Shown here one piece after another: positions 19,486-26,968 of a stretch of DNA of 64,000 nt. Within the stretch, counting starts at the first letter, position 1. The number at the start of each line of letters is the position of its first letter. A program made the position numbers and the translations under genes. This DNA comes from a virus, in the IMG/VR virus record IMGVR_UViG_3300032285_004073, positions 96,001 through 160,000 of that record; one strand, written 5' to 3'. The notes beneath the pieces were generated by a model. It worked only from the letters and a program-made list of their open reading frames with translations. It was not told the DNA's origin and made no database searches.

Positions 19486-19749
19486 ATGAGTATTCGTTCC
19501 ATTATATCAAAATTTGTAGCACAGATTTGTGAAAAAAATTACAAAGCTGCTAATTCTACTTTAGATCAAATAGTTTCCGAAAAAGTTACGGCTCGTATCA
19601 AAAAAACAGCCGAAACACAAAAAGCCAAAAAACAGAAAAAAATTGGCAAAGTAATCGAAAAAGAAGTTAAGAAAGGTCATCCTGTAAAGCAAGCTGCTGC
19701 CATTGCTTACAAAAAAACAGAAAAAAAGGCCCCTAAGAAGAGTAAGTAA
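19486..19749 (+). CDS. gp67-like prohead core protein with Lys-rich C-terminal extension
   Basis: Between gp21 and gp22; N-half helical pattern (A..TLDQIVSEKVTARI) like gp67; tail KKGHPVKQAAAIAYKK. Confidence 0.5.
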   Translation: MSIRSIISKFVAQICEKNYKAANSTLDQIVSEKVTARIKKTAETQKAKKQKKIGKVIEKEVKKGHPVKQAAAIAYKKTEKKAPKKSK

Positions 19750-19766
19750 TTGCACAATTAAATTAT

Positions 19767-20645
19767 ATGGATCTCTCATCTATTCTCAAAAATATCGACA
19801 GTAATGTTTTAAATGAAGAAACAGCCACAGCTATTGCCGAGGCGTTTAAAAGTGCAGTTGATGAAAAAGTCAATAATAGAGTAACTCTTGAACTTGAAAG
19901 TGCTCTTAGCAAACAAGATGAAGAGCATGCCACAAAATTAGAAAATCTTTTAGAAGCCATTGACACTGATCATTCAGCTAAATTAGAAACAGTTGTTAAT
20001 GCTATTAATGAAAATCATACAGCCAAGTTAGAAAAGCTTGTTGAATATTACCGCAAGGCTCTTAATGAGAAAGCAGAAAACTTCAGCAACAAGGTTGTAG
20101 AAGAGCTTAGTAACTTTATCGATCTTTATATAGATAAAGCCATTCCTCAAACCCAATTAGAAGAAGCTGTTGCTAATACAACAGCTCGTCAACAGCTCGA
20201 GCAAATCAAAAACATTTTAGCCTTTGATCCATCTCACTTAAATGAAGATGTTAAAAAGATTATCACCCAAGGTAAAAACAAAGTTGATGAATTACAAAAT
20301 CAATTAAATGAATCTTATAGGGAAAATTTAACCCTTAAAGAACATCTTATCCATACACAATCAGCCCTTCTCTTAGAGGAGAAAACTAAGGGCATGCGTA
20401 CAGCTAAAAAGAATTTTATTACAAAAATATTGAGCGACAAGTCACCTGAGTATATTTCAGAGAACTTAAATTATGTCGTTGAGATGTTCGAGAGAGAAGA
20501 GAAGGAAACTTCAGCTTCCCTTGTAGAAGAAGCAAAAGAAGCTTCCTTATCCAAGGGTGTTAAAGTACCTGCCGCTGTAATTTCTGAGAAAAAAGAAATT
20601 GACAGTCCAGTCTCCGGATATCTTACAGCTTTAAAGTCGGTCTAA
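19767..20645 (+). CDS. gp22: Prohead core scaffold (T4 gp22-like)
   Basis: Coiled-coil, IAEAFKSAVDEKV, LSNFIDLYI; located immediately before the major capsid gene. Confidence 0.85.
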   Translation: MDLSSILKNIDSNVLNEETATAIAEAFKSAVDEKVNNRVTLELESALSKQDEEHATKLENLLEAIDTDHSAKLETVVNAINENHTAKLEKLVEYYRKALNEKAENFSNKVVEELSNFIDLYIDKAIPQTQLEEAVANTTARQQLEQIKNILAFDPSHLNEDVKKIITQGKNKVDELQNQLNESYRENLTLKEHLIHTQSALLLEEKTKGMRTAKKNFITKILSDKSPEYISENLNYVVEMFEREEKETSASLVEEAKEASLSKGVKVPAAVISEKKEIDSPVSGYLTALKSV

Positions 20646-20660
20646 GGCCGCTTTTATACG

Positions 20661-20707
20661 TTGGAGAAGAGCAATTAAGCACTTCCCGAATTCTATTCAA
20701 ATAGGAG
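20661..20707 (+). promoter_or_regulatory. Major-capsid leader: two hairpins and AGGAG Shine-Dalgarno (20703-20707)
   Basis: 20661-20689 bulged stem; 20691-20706 TTCTAT/ATAGGA stem covering the SD. Confidence 0.45.
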
Positions 20708-20715
20708 AACTATAT

Positions 20716-22194
20716 ATGAACAATGTCAAACCAGCCCCTGGTTTCATCGATCGCTCTCGCGCCACTCAACTCTTAGAGAAGTGGGCCCCTGTTCTTGATT
20801 ATTCAAGTGACAAGGTTTCCCCAATCCAAGATGAGCATGCCCGTCTTTCAACAGCAATGTTGATGGAAAACCAAGAGCGTTGGTGCTTAGAGGAAGGTAG
20901 TGCTAATTCTTATGGTGGCAGTGCCTTTGGCTCTGTCCCAGCAGGAGCTAACATCTACAATCCAGCTAATACCCAATATGCTTCTAGTGATAATTATGCG
21001 CAGAATGATGCTCGCTTACCAAAGGTATTAATCCCAATGGTTCGCCGTACATTCCCAGAACTTATCACTAATGAGATCGTCGGTGTACAACCAATGAGTG
21101 GCCCAGTCGGACTTGCGTTCGCATTACGTTATCGCTATGAGGCAGATAGTTTAGGCTCAACGGGAGTTGATGGCTGGACCAGTGGTGTTTCACAAACCAG
21201 CAACACAGGCATCAGTCGTACAGGTGCAAACCCAACGACAGATGGCTCAGAACTTGGCTATAACTATCTTGATACTCGCTTTACTGGTACTTCAGCTGCC
21301 GCCCTTACAGGTAACACGGATTTTTACTTCCCTGATTCCGATAAAGGTGTCGCTGCATTACTCAGTCAATTCGAGTTATCTGGAAACATTCCACAGGTCA
21401 CTGTAGAGTTCAGTAAGACAGCAGTTGAAGCCGGCACACGCCGTCTCGCAGCTCGCTGGTCTGTTGAGCTCGAGCAGGATCTTAAGAACATGAACGGTCT
21501 CGATATCGACTCTGAATTAACAAATGCCATGAGCTATGAAATTCAAGCCGAAATCGATCGTGAAATGGTCATCAGAATGATCCAGACCTGTCTCAATGCC
21601 GGTTCTACAAATGGATATAGCTTCTGGTACGCTGCTTCAGCCGACGCTCGTTGGCTCGGAGAGCGTAATCGTGACTTCTACAGCAAGGTAATCGTACAAG
21701 CCAATCGTATTGCTATCCGCAATCGTCGTGGTAGCGCTAATTTCATTATCGCTACACCTAAGGTTTGTGCTATCCTTGAGATGTTACCCGAGTTCCAGTG
21801 GATGCCTGTAAATGGCAACATCAACACCCAACCAACTGGCATTGCCAAGGTTGGCACACTTGGTGGCCGTTTCAACGTCTACCGTGATACTCGTACAGAT
21901 GCTCAATTCCTCGCAGGACAACGCAGTGCAGCTCAAGCTATTGACTATGCCCTCTTAGGCTACAAAGGCACAGAGTACTACGATACAGGTATCGTATACT
22001 GCCCATATATCCCTGTCATGATTCAACGTACAATCGGGCCTAATGACTTCTCACCTCGCGTGGGACTCATGACCCGTTACGGTGTCGTAGATTATATCTT
22101 CGGTGCTAGCTTGTACTATCACGTAATCATCGTTAGCGGATTGGGTACCTCTTTTGCCGGCGGAGCCAATGGCCAGAGTACAATTTACATCTAA
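20716..22194 (+). CDS. gp23: Major capsid protein (T4 gp23-like)
   Basis: LLEKWAPVL, MENQ, LIPMVRR, GVQPMSGPVGLAFALRY, EQDLK, EIDRE, YCPYIP, MTRYG. Confidence 0.98.
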   Translation: MNNVKPAPGFIDRSRATQLLEKWAPVLDYSSDKVSPIQDEHARLSTAMLMENQERWCLEEGSANSYGGSAFGSVPAGANIYNPANTQYASSDNYAQNDARLPKVLIPMVRRTFPELITNEIVGVQPMSGPVGLAFALRYRYEADSLGSTGVDGWTSGVSQTSNTGISRTGANPTTDGSELGYNYLDTRFTGTSAAALTGNTDFYFPDSDKGVAALLSQFELSGNIPQVTVEFSKTAVEAGTRRLAARWSVELEQDLKNMNGLDIDSELTNAMSYEIQAEIDREMVIRMIQTCLNAGSTNGYSFWYAASADARWLGERNRDFYSKVIVQANRIAIRNRRGSANFIIATPKVCAILEMLPEFQWMPVNGNINTQPTGIAKVGTLGGRFNVYRDTRTDAQFLAGQRSAAQAIDYALLGYKGTEYYDTGIVYCPYIPVMIQRTIGPNDFSPRVGLMTRYGVVDYIFGASLYYHVIIVSGLGTSFAGGANGQSTIYI

Positions 22195-22220
22195 TCTTTA
22201 GTTGTAAATTGTTAAAAGAT

Positions 22221-22257
22221 TTGCCTACCTTGATTGCTCGGGGTAGGCAATTTTTTT
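22221..22257 (+). terminator. Rho-independent terminator after the major capsid gene
   Basis: TTGCCTACCTTGA-TTGC-TCGGGGTAGGCAA 13-bp stem (two G-U) followed by T7. Confidence 0.9.
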
Positions 22258-22259
22258 GC

Positions 22260-22288
22260 TTGTATTTTCCTTTACTATATATTAATAT
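22260..22288 (+). promoter_or_regulatory. Sigma70-like promoter (TTGTAT-N17-TAATAT)
   Basis: -10 ends 6 nt before ATG 22295. Confidence 0.55.
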
Positions 22289-22294
22289 ATTTGT

Positions 22295-22840
22295 ATGAAA
22301 TATGCTTTAACAGGATCTCATGGAGTAGGTAAGACTACTATTATTAATGAGCTATATGATTATCTAGAAGAATCTAAGATTAAACCTATTATTAATAGCA
22401 GTAATGCTCGTAAGATTGCTTTGTCTGGAAGAACAATTAATGATACAGGAGATGATATTGTTCAAATGATTGTTGAATGTAGTCATGTTAGTAAATTCTG
22501 TGAGGATAATTGGTTTGCAGATCGAAGTGTTTTAGATGGTTATGCATATACGAAATATCTTCATGCTACTGGAAAGGTATCAGATGAAGTAATGAATGTA
22601 GTAGGTAAGCTTATGTCTACATTTGTTAAGCTTTATGATAATATCTTTTATATTCCAGTGGAGTTTGATATGATTAAAGATGGTGTTAGAAAAGAAGATT
22701 CTAAATTTCAAAAGAATATTGATAATATTATTTTTAATACGATGTATGATAATAATGTTCATTTTAATACTATTAGAGGTTCTGTGACAGAAAGAGTGGA
22801 AAAGATTAAGAGTATTATTCACCCTCACTTTGACTTCTAA
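22295..22840 (+). CDS. Second NadR/AAA_28-type P-loop nucleotide kinase/ATPase
   Basis: GSHGVGKT, ADRSVLDGYAY, DGVRKED. Confidence 0.8.
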   Translation: MKYALTGSHGVGKTTIINELYDYLEESKIKPIINSSNARKIALSGRTINDTGDDIVQMIVECSHVSKFCEDNWFADRSVLDGYAYTKYLHATGKVSDEVMNVVGKLMSTFVKLYDNIFYIPVEFDMIKDGVRKEDSKFQKNIDNIIFNTMYDNNVHFNTIRGSVTERVEKIKSIIHPHFDF

Positions 22841-22849
22841 GCCTTAAAA

Positions 22850-23308
22850 ATTATTCAAACTTTCGTCCCATACCCTGATTTTGTAGAGTCTGTTAAGTGC
22901 CTAGACATGAGACGTCTAGGGAAACAAAGAGCTGAAGTATACGGATTGCTTCGGTCTTTTGAAATGGATCCAGAACAAGACAAGAAGCTTGGATTTAGAG
23001 ATCCTAATAAATGGATGTGGTGGGGTCATTTCAATCAATTGATTGATTATGGTATTGCCGCTTGTGATGAATGGATCTCTCGAGGATATAAAGATACCTG
23101 TAGAGAGAAGATAGCAGCTTACAGAGATGTTTTTTCAAAGAATAATGAACTTCCTTTTTGGTTTGGTAATGCCAAAGTGCATTATTCACATCAATGTGTT
23201 TTGTTGAAAAAGGATCCGGAACATTATAGTAAACATTTTCCCTTTGCAGACCCTAATCAAGGTTATATTTGGCCAGACTGCAGACATAACTTCTATTGGT
23301 ATAAGTAA
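22850..23308 (+). CDS. Pyrimidine-dimer DNA glycosylase / DenV-like protein (MSMEG_6728-type); start uncertain
   Basis: IQTFVPYPDF..LDMRRLGKQRAE, MWWGH, EWISRGYKD, PFWFG..VHYSHQ..LL.KDP.HY; conserved N-terminus lies upstream of the ORF-track ATG (22907). Confidence 0.8.
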   Translation: MIQTFVPYPDFVESVKCLDMRRLGKQRAEVYGLLRSFEMDPEQDKKLGFRDPNKWMWWGHFNQLIDYGIAACDEWISRGYKDTCREKIAAYRDVFSKNNELPFWFGNAKVHYSHQCVLLKKDPEHYSKHFPFADPNQGYIWPDCRHNFYWYK

Positions 23309-23314
23309 TAGACA

Positions 23315-23764
23315 ATGGATTTTAAGAGTTATTATAATTTGAATGAAAATGTAAACAAATTTGATATTAATTGGCAAATAGTTCGCACTGATGCCAGAGA
23401 TATTAAAGACGTATCAGAAAAAATTTCTTTTGTTATGAAATTTTTAAATGGTCATCCTACAAAAGAAAACTACGGAAGAGTTCATAATTGGCTCCGAATG
23501 ACTAAACTTGGTTATAAATCAGAACCAGAAAAAGCTCAAGAATTTGAACACGCTCTGGATCACATAGAAAACAATAAAGAAAAATATTCCTCACAAGAGG
23601 AACAAGGTGATATATCTTCTATTGATACTTCAAAACTTTTAAAAGTTTATAAAGATTTAAAGAAAAGAAAATATGGATTTCAGATTAAAACAGTACCCAA
23701 AGCACATACAGATTTTCTTCTAAAATTAGAAGATGAACTTAAAAAAAGAAAAATTAATCTTTAA
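23315..23764 (+). CDS. Hypothetical late protein
   Basis: 149 aa; TATAAGTA at 23300-23307; N-terminus MDFKSYYNLNE. Confidence 0.75.
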   Translation: MDFKSYYNLNENVNKFDINWQIVRTDARDIKDVSEKISFVMKFLNGHPTKENYGRVHNWLRMTKLGYKSEPEKAQEFEHALDHIENNKEKYSSQEEQGDISSIDTSKLLKVYKDLKKRKYGFQIKTVPKAHTDFLLKLEDELKKRKINL

Positions 23765-23775
23765 TATTATTTCTG

Positions 23776-24255
23776 TCATAATTGAGGATCTGTACCCTCA
23801 ATTAGTTCTATCTTTTCTCTTTTAGACGTTTTGTCATATAATTTAGACATTACTTCGTCTCGAGTTGCTATTAATACGTTGGTAGTAGCCGGTTTAAGAC
23901 TTTTAACAGCAGTAACTTCCATCTGTTTAAGTTCTTTATCACTTTTAATTTGTTTATTCTGAAGATTAATTTTATTTAAGCTATCTAAAGCCTTGGTAGT
24001 AGCATTAATTAAAGATGCTAGCGCAGCAATTTCTTGAGGATTTTGTCCTGTAATGACGATGTCTTTCAAAGAATTGACCGCATCTAACCCAGCTTCTATA
24101 TTTTCTGTAGTCTTTTTAAGAATATATTCATTAACATTATCATCAGTAACCTGTTCTTGTGGAACTATTTCTCTGCTTTGTATGTGTGGAGTGCTTGGTA
24201 TAGAATCTGCTCTTAACTGCTCTACAATAGCATCTATTTCATTATTAGAATCCAT
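23776..24255 (-). CDS. Terminase small subunit (T4 gp16-like)
   Basis: Helical EY..K..E..E.GLDA..L..I...Q.P..IAALASLI pattern and C-terminal TTNVLIATRDEVMSKL, matching gp16 architecture. Confidence 0.6.
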   Translation of the reverse strand: MDSNNEIDAIVEQLRADSIPSTPHIQSREIVPQEQVTDDNVNEYILKKTTENIEAGLDAVNSLKDIVITGQNPQEIAALASLINATTKALDSLNKINLQNKQIKSDKELKQMEVTAVKSLKPATTNVLIATRDEVMSKLYDKTSKREKIELIEGTDPQL

Positions 24256-24256
24256 G

Positions 24257-24284
24257 TTGATTTATTATACACTTATATTAAAAT
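24257..24284 (+). promoter_or_regulatory. Sigma70-like promoter (TTGATT-N16-TAAAAT)
   Basis: -10 ends 6 nt before ATG 24291. Confidence 0.55.
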
Positions 24285-24290
24285 ATAGCA

Positions 24291-24467
24291 ATGACAACGA
24301 AAATACTTATTGAAAACGGTGGAGAATTTCATATTCCCCATGAAAAAGTTGCAGAATTGATTAATTGGTTAAATCACGCTCAGGCAATTCGCACGACACC
24401 AAAAACAGAGCAAGTCAAAGAAATTATTAACAATCAATTTACTGGAAAAGAATTGATTAATGGTTAA
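24291..24467 (+). CDS. Small 58-aa hypothetical protein, absent from the ORF track
   Basis: MTTKILIENGGEFHIPHEKVAELINWL...GKELING*, fills the gap exactly between the promoter and dUTPase. Confidence 0.7.
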   Translation: MTTKILIENGGEFHIPHEKVAELINWLNHAQAIRTTPKTEQVKEIINNQFTGKELING

Positions 24468-24476
24468 AATACCTTT

Positions 24477-24926
24477 ATGGACGAATTTAAAATAGAACCG
24501 ATAAAGATACACTTTATCAAAACACATCCCGATGCAGTTCTTCCTTCCAAGAAGAATGTTAACGATACGGGATATGATCTTACAGCAGTTGAAAATGTTA
24601 CCATTCCAGCTAAGGGTGCAGCTGTAGTTCCTACAGGATTACAAGTAGCAAAGACGGAAAGAGGTTTATGGTATTTAATTTTACCAAGATCTGGTATGGG
24701 ATTCAAACATAGCATTCAACCGCATTTAGGTGTTATTGATAATGGATATAGAGGAGATTTAGCAGTAAAGCTTTATAACTTTTCAGACATTGATTATAAT
24801 GTTAATAAAGGAGATCGCATAGCGCAGATAGCTTATTTTCCTTTATTGTGTATTGAATCATTTTGGGCTACAGAAACAGAAACAACAGATCGCGGAGATA
24901 ACGGATTCGGCAGCTCAGGAAATTGA
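24477..24926 (+). CDS. dut: Trimeric dUTPase
   Basis: Motifs GYDL, RSG, GVIDNGYRG, GDRIAQ, RGDNGFGSSG. Confidence 0.96.
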   Translation: MDEFKIEPIKIHFIKTHPDAVLPSKKNVNDTGYDLTAVENVTIPAKGAAVVPTGLQVAKTERGLWYLILPRSGMGFKHSIQPHLGVIDNGYRGDLAVKLYNFSDIDYNVNKGDRIAQIAYFPLLCIESFWATETETTDRGDNGFGSSGN

Positions 24927-25864
24927 TGACAAATCATTACGAAAAACTTTGGGTTGAGAAATATCGTCCTAAAACATTAAAGGATATTATTCTCTCAGAA
25001 GAGAATAGAAAGCATTTTGAAACCCTCGGAGAAGATACTCCTAATATTCTTTTCCACGGTTCGCCAGGAACTGGCAAAAGTACTTTAGCAAAAATTATTG
25101 TTAATGACATTCTTAAATGCCAATATCTTTATATTAATGCTTCGGATGAAAGTGGAATTGATACTATTAGAAACAAAGTCATTAGTTTTGCCCAGACACG
25201 TTCAGTAGATGGTAAGAAAAAAGTAGTAATATTAGAAGAAGCAGATGGTCTTACAGGAGATGCATTACGCATTCTTCGCAATGTTATGGAAGAATATGTC
25301 GACACTACTCGTTTTATTCTTACAGCTAATTATCTTAATAAGATAATAGAACCTATTAGATCCCGTTGTTTGCTTTTCAAATTACAACCCGATGTTTTAG
25401 ACTGCGTATCAAGAGTAGTTGATATTATCAAAGCAGAAAATATAACACTAGACGCTAGTGTTAAGTCTAAATTAGTAGAATGGACAAGTAATAGATATCC
25501 AGATCTTAGAAGAATTATTAATGATCTTCAAAAATGTTCCGTCACAGGAACCTTAACATTCTCAGAAGAAAATTTAGTGTCAGATCTCGCTGGGTTTATT
25601 ATAAAGGGATTGACAACTGCTAAGATATCAGCTTTAGATCTCAGGAAGAAAGTTATTGAATCTGAAAAAACGTTTAATAATGATTACCAAACACTTTTAA
25701 AACAAATATTTGATTATATCTATGATTCTGATTTACCAGAGAAGGAAAAGAAAATACTCCTCGTAGACACTGGAGAATATCTTTATAGAGATAACTTTGT
25801 TCTAGACCATGAAATTAATTTCTTTTGTTGTCTTCTTGCTATGGAAGCTTCTTTAAGAAATTAA
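24923..25864 (+). CDS. gp44: Clamp loader large subunit (T4 gp44 / RFC-like)
   Basis: LWVEKYRP, GSPGTGKST, INASDE, LEEADGL, FILTANY, IRSRC, DLRRIIN. Confidence 0.93.
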   Translation: MMTNHYEKLWVEKYRPKTLKDIILSEENRKHFETLGEDTPNILFHGSPGTGKSTLAKIIVNDILKCQYLYINASDESGIDTIRNKVISFAQTRSVDGKKKVVILEEADGLTGDALRILRNVMEEYVDTTRFILTANYLNKIIEPIRSRCLLFKLQPDVLDCVSRVVDIIKAENITLDASVKSKLVEWTSNRYPDLRRIINDLQKCSVTGTLTFSEENLVSDLAGFIIKGLTTAKISALDLRKKVIESEKTFNNDYQTLLKQIFDYIYDSDLPEKEKKILLVDTGEYLYRDNFVLDHEINFFCCLLAMEASLRN

Positions 25865-26424
25865 GCGTAACGTTTTTCAAATGCTCCAGAAGCTGGAATA
25901 GAAGTATTTTTAGTAGGTAAAGATTGATCTTTCGGTCTATTGCCTAAAGCCCCAAAATCATTTTTTAATTCCTCCGGTTTAGACCCAATGGGTTGTTCAT
26001 ATTTATTAGGAACACCTTGGACCGGTGGTAAATTATTACCAAAACGCAATACTTCAATATATTTTAAATCTCCAGGAACCTCAAATTCATTAAATTCTGT
26101 AGGATATTGAACAGTTCGAGGATCACATTTTAAAACTAATACAACATTATTAGAACCGGCAATACTATTTGCATCTTTAGCATTAGCATTATTGGAATTG
26201 CCATTTACTTCACTAATAAAGAAAAAGGTATCAGGGTTTTGTTGTAAAATGTTTTGAATCCAAGAATGGAACAATTCATCTGTTTCATATCTTTGTTTAT
26301 AGAAATCAGACTTAAAAAACTCTGGTCTGAGTTTTACTGGTGTTCCGGTGCGAAAACCTCCGTTTGTATAGTGGGCAAAGGCTCTTTCACATAAGGTTTC
26401 GAATTTATTGAATTTTTGACTCAT
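25861..26424 (-). CDS. Hypothetical late protein
   Basis: 187-aa ORF, convergent TTAA stop overlap with gp44. Confidence 0.75.
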   Translation of the reverse strand: MSQKFNKFETLCERAFAHYTNGGFRTGTPVKLRPEFFKSDFYKQRYETDELFHSWIQNILQQNPDTFFFISEVNGNSNNANAKDANSIAGSNNVVLVLKCDPRTVQYPTEFNEFEVPGDLKYIEVLRFGNNLPPVQGVPNKYEQPIGSKPEELKNDFGALGNRPKDQSLPTKNTSIPASGAFEKRYA

Positions 26425-26443
26425 AGATATTGTATGTTAGACC

Positions 26444-26453
26444 TAAATATTTA
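26444..26453. promoter_or_regulatory. Palindromic TAAATATTTA: back-to-back late-promoter cores between divergent genes
   Basis: Perfect 10-bp palindrome in the 37-nt gap between 26424(-) and 26462(+). Confidence 0.55.
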
Positions 26454-26461
26454 CCTCCGAC

Positions 26462-26968
26462 ATGGCAACTATTCACATAGATAATTTAATTAACCCTCGT
26501 CAAGTTAATTCAAAGGCTACAGTTTTGACTCAACCTAATAAACCAACTGTAGCTGTTTATACAGATTTACACTTAGATTTATCCGAAATTTATAATATTG
26601 GAATAGGAACAAATCCACAAAAATCTAATGATATTAAAGTAGATAATGATGCAGCTGCTATAAAAAATTCTTTATATAATATTTTTACAACTATTCCCGG
26701 ACAAAAAATATTAAATCCTTCTTTTGGTTGTAATCTTAATCAATTTGTATTTGAAGAAGTATCTGAAATTAAAGGTAAAATAATAGGTGATACTATTTTA
26801 AATGCTATTAATGTCTATGAACCCAGAGTTCAAGTCCTAAATATACAAGTATATCCTTTACCAGATCAACTGATGTATTACATTATTATGTCATATCAAA
26901 TGGTTGGGATAGCTAGCACATTTTCAACGCAAATACAAATATTTCCAAATAATATCTTAATAGTATGA
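26462..26968 (+). CDS. gp25: Baseplate wedge subunit (T4 gp25-like)
   Basis: AIKNSLYNIFTT.PG.K..NP.FGCNL...FE, I..YEPRV. Confidence 0.9.
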   Translation: MATIHIDNLINPRQVNSKATVLTQPNKPTVAVYTDLHLDLSEIYNIGIGTNPQKSNDIKVDNDAAAIKNSLYNIFTTIPGQKILNPSFGCNLNQFVFEEVSEIKGKIIGDTILNAINVYEPRVQVLNIQVYPLPDQLMYYIIMSYQMVGIASTFSTQIQIFPNNILIV

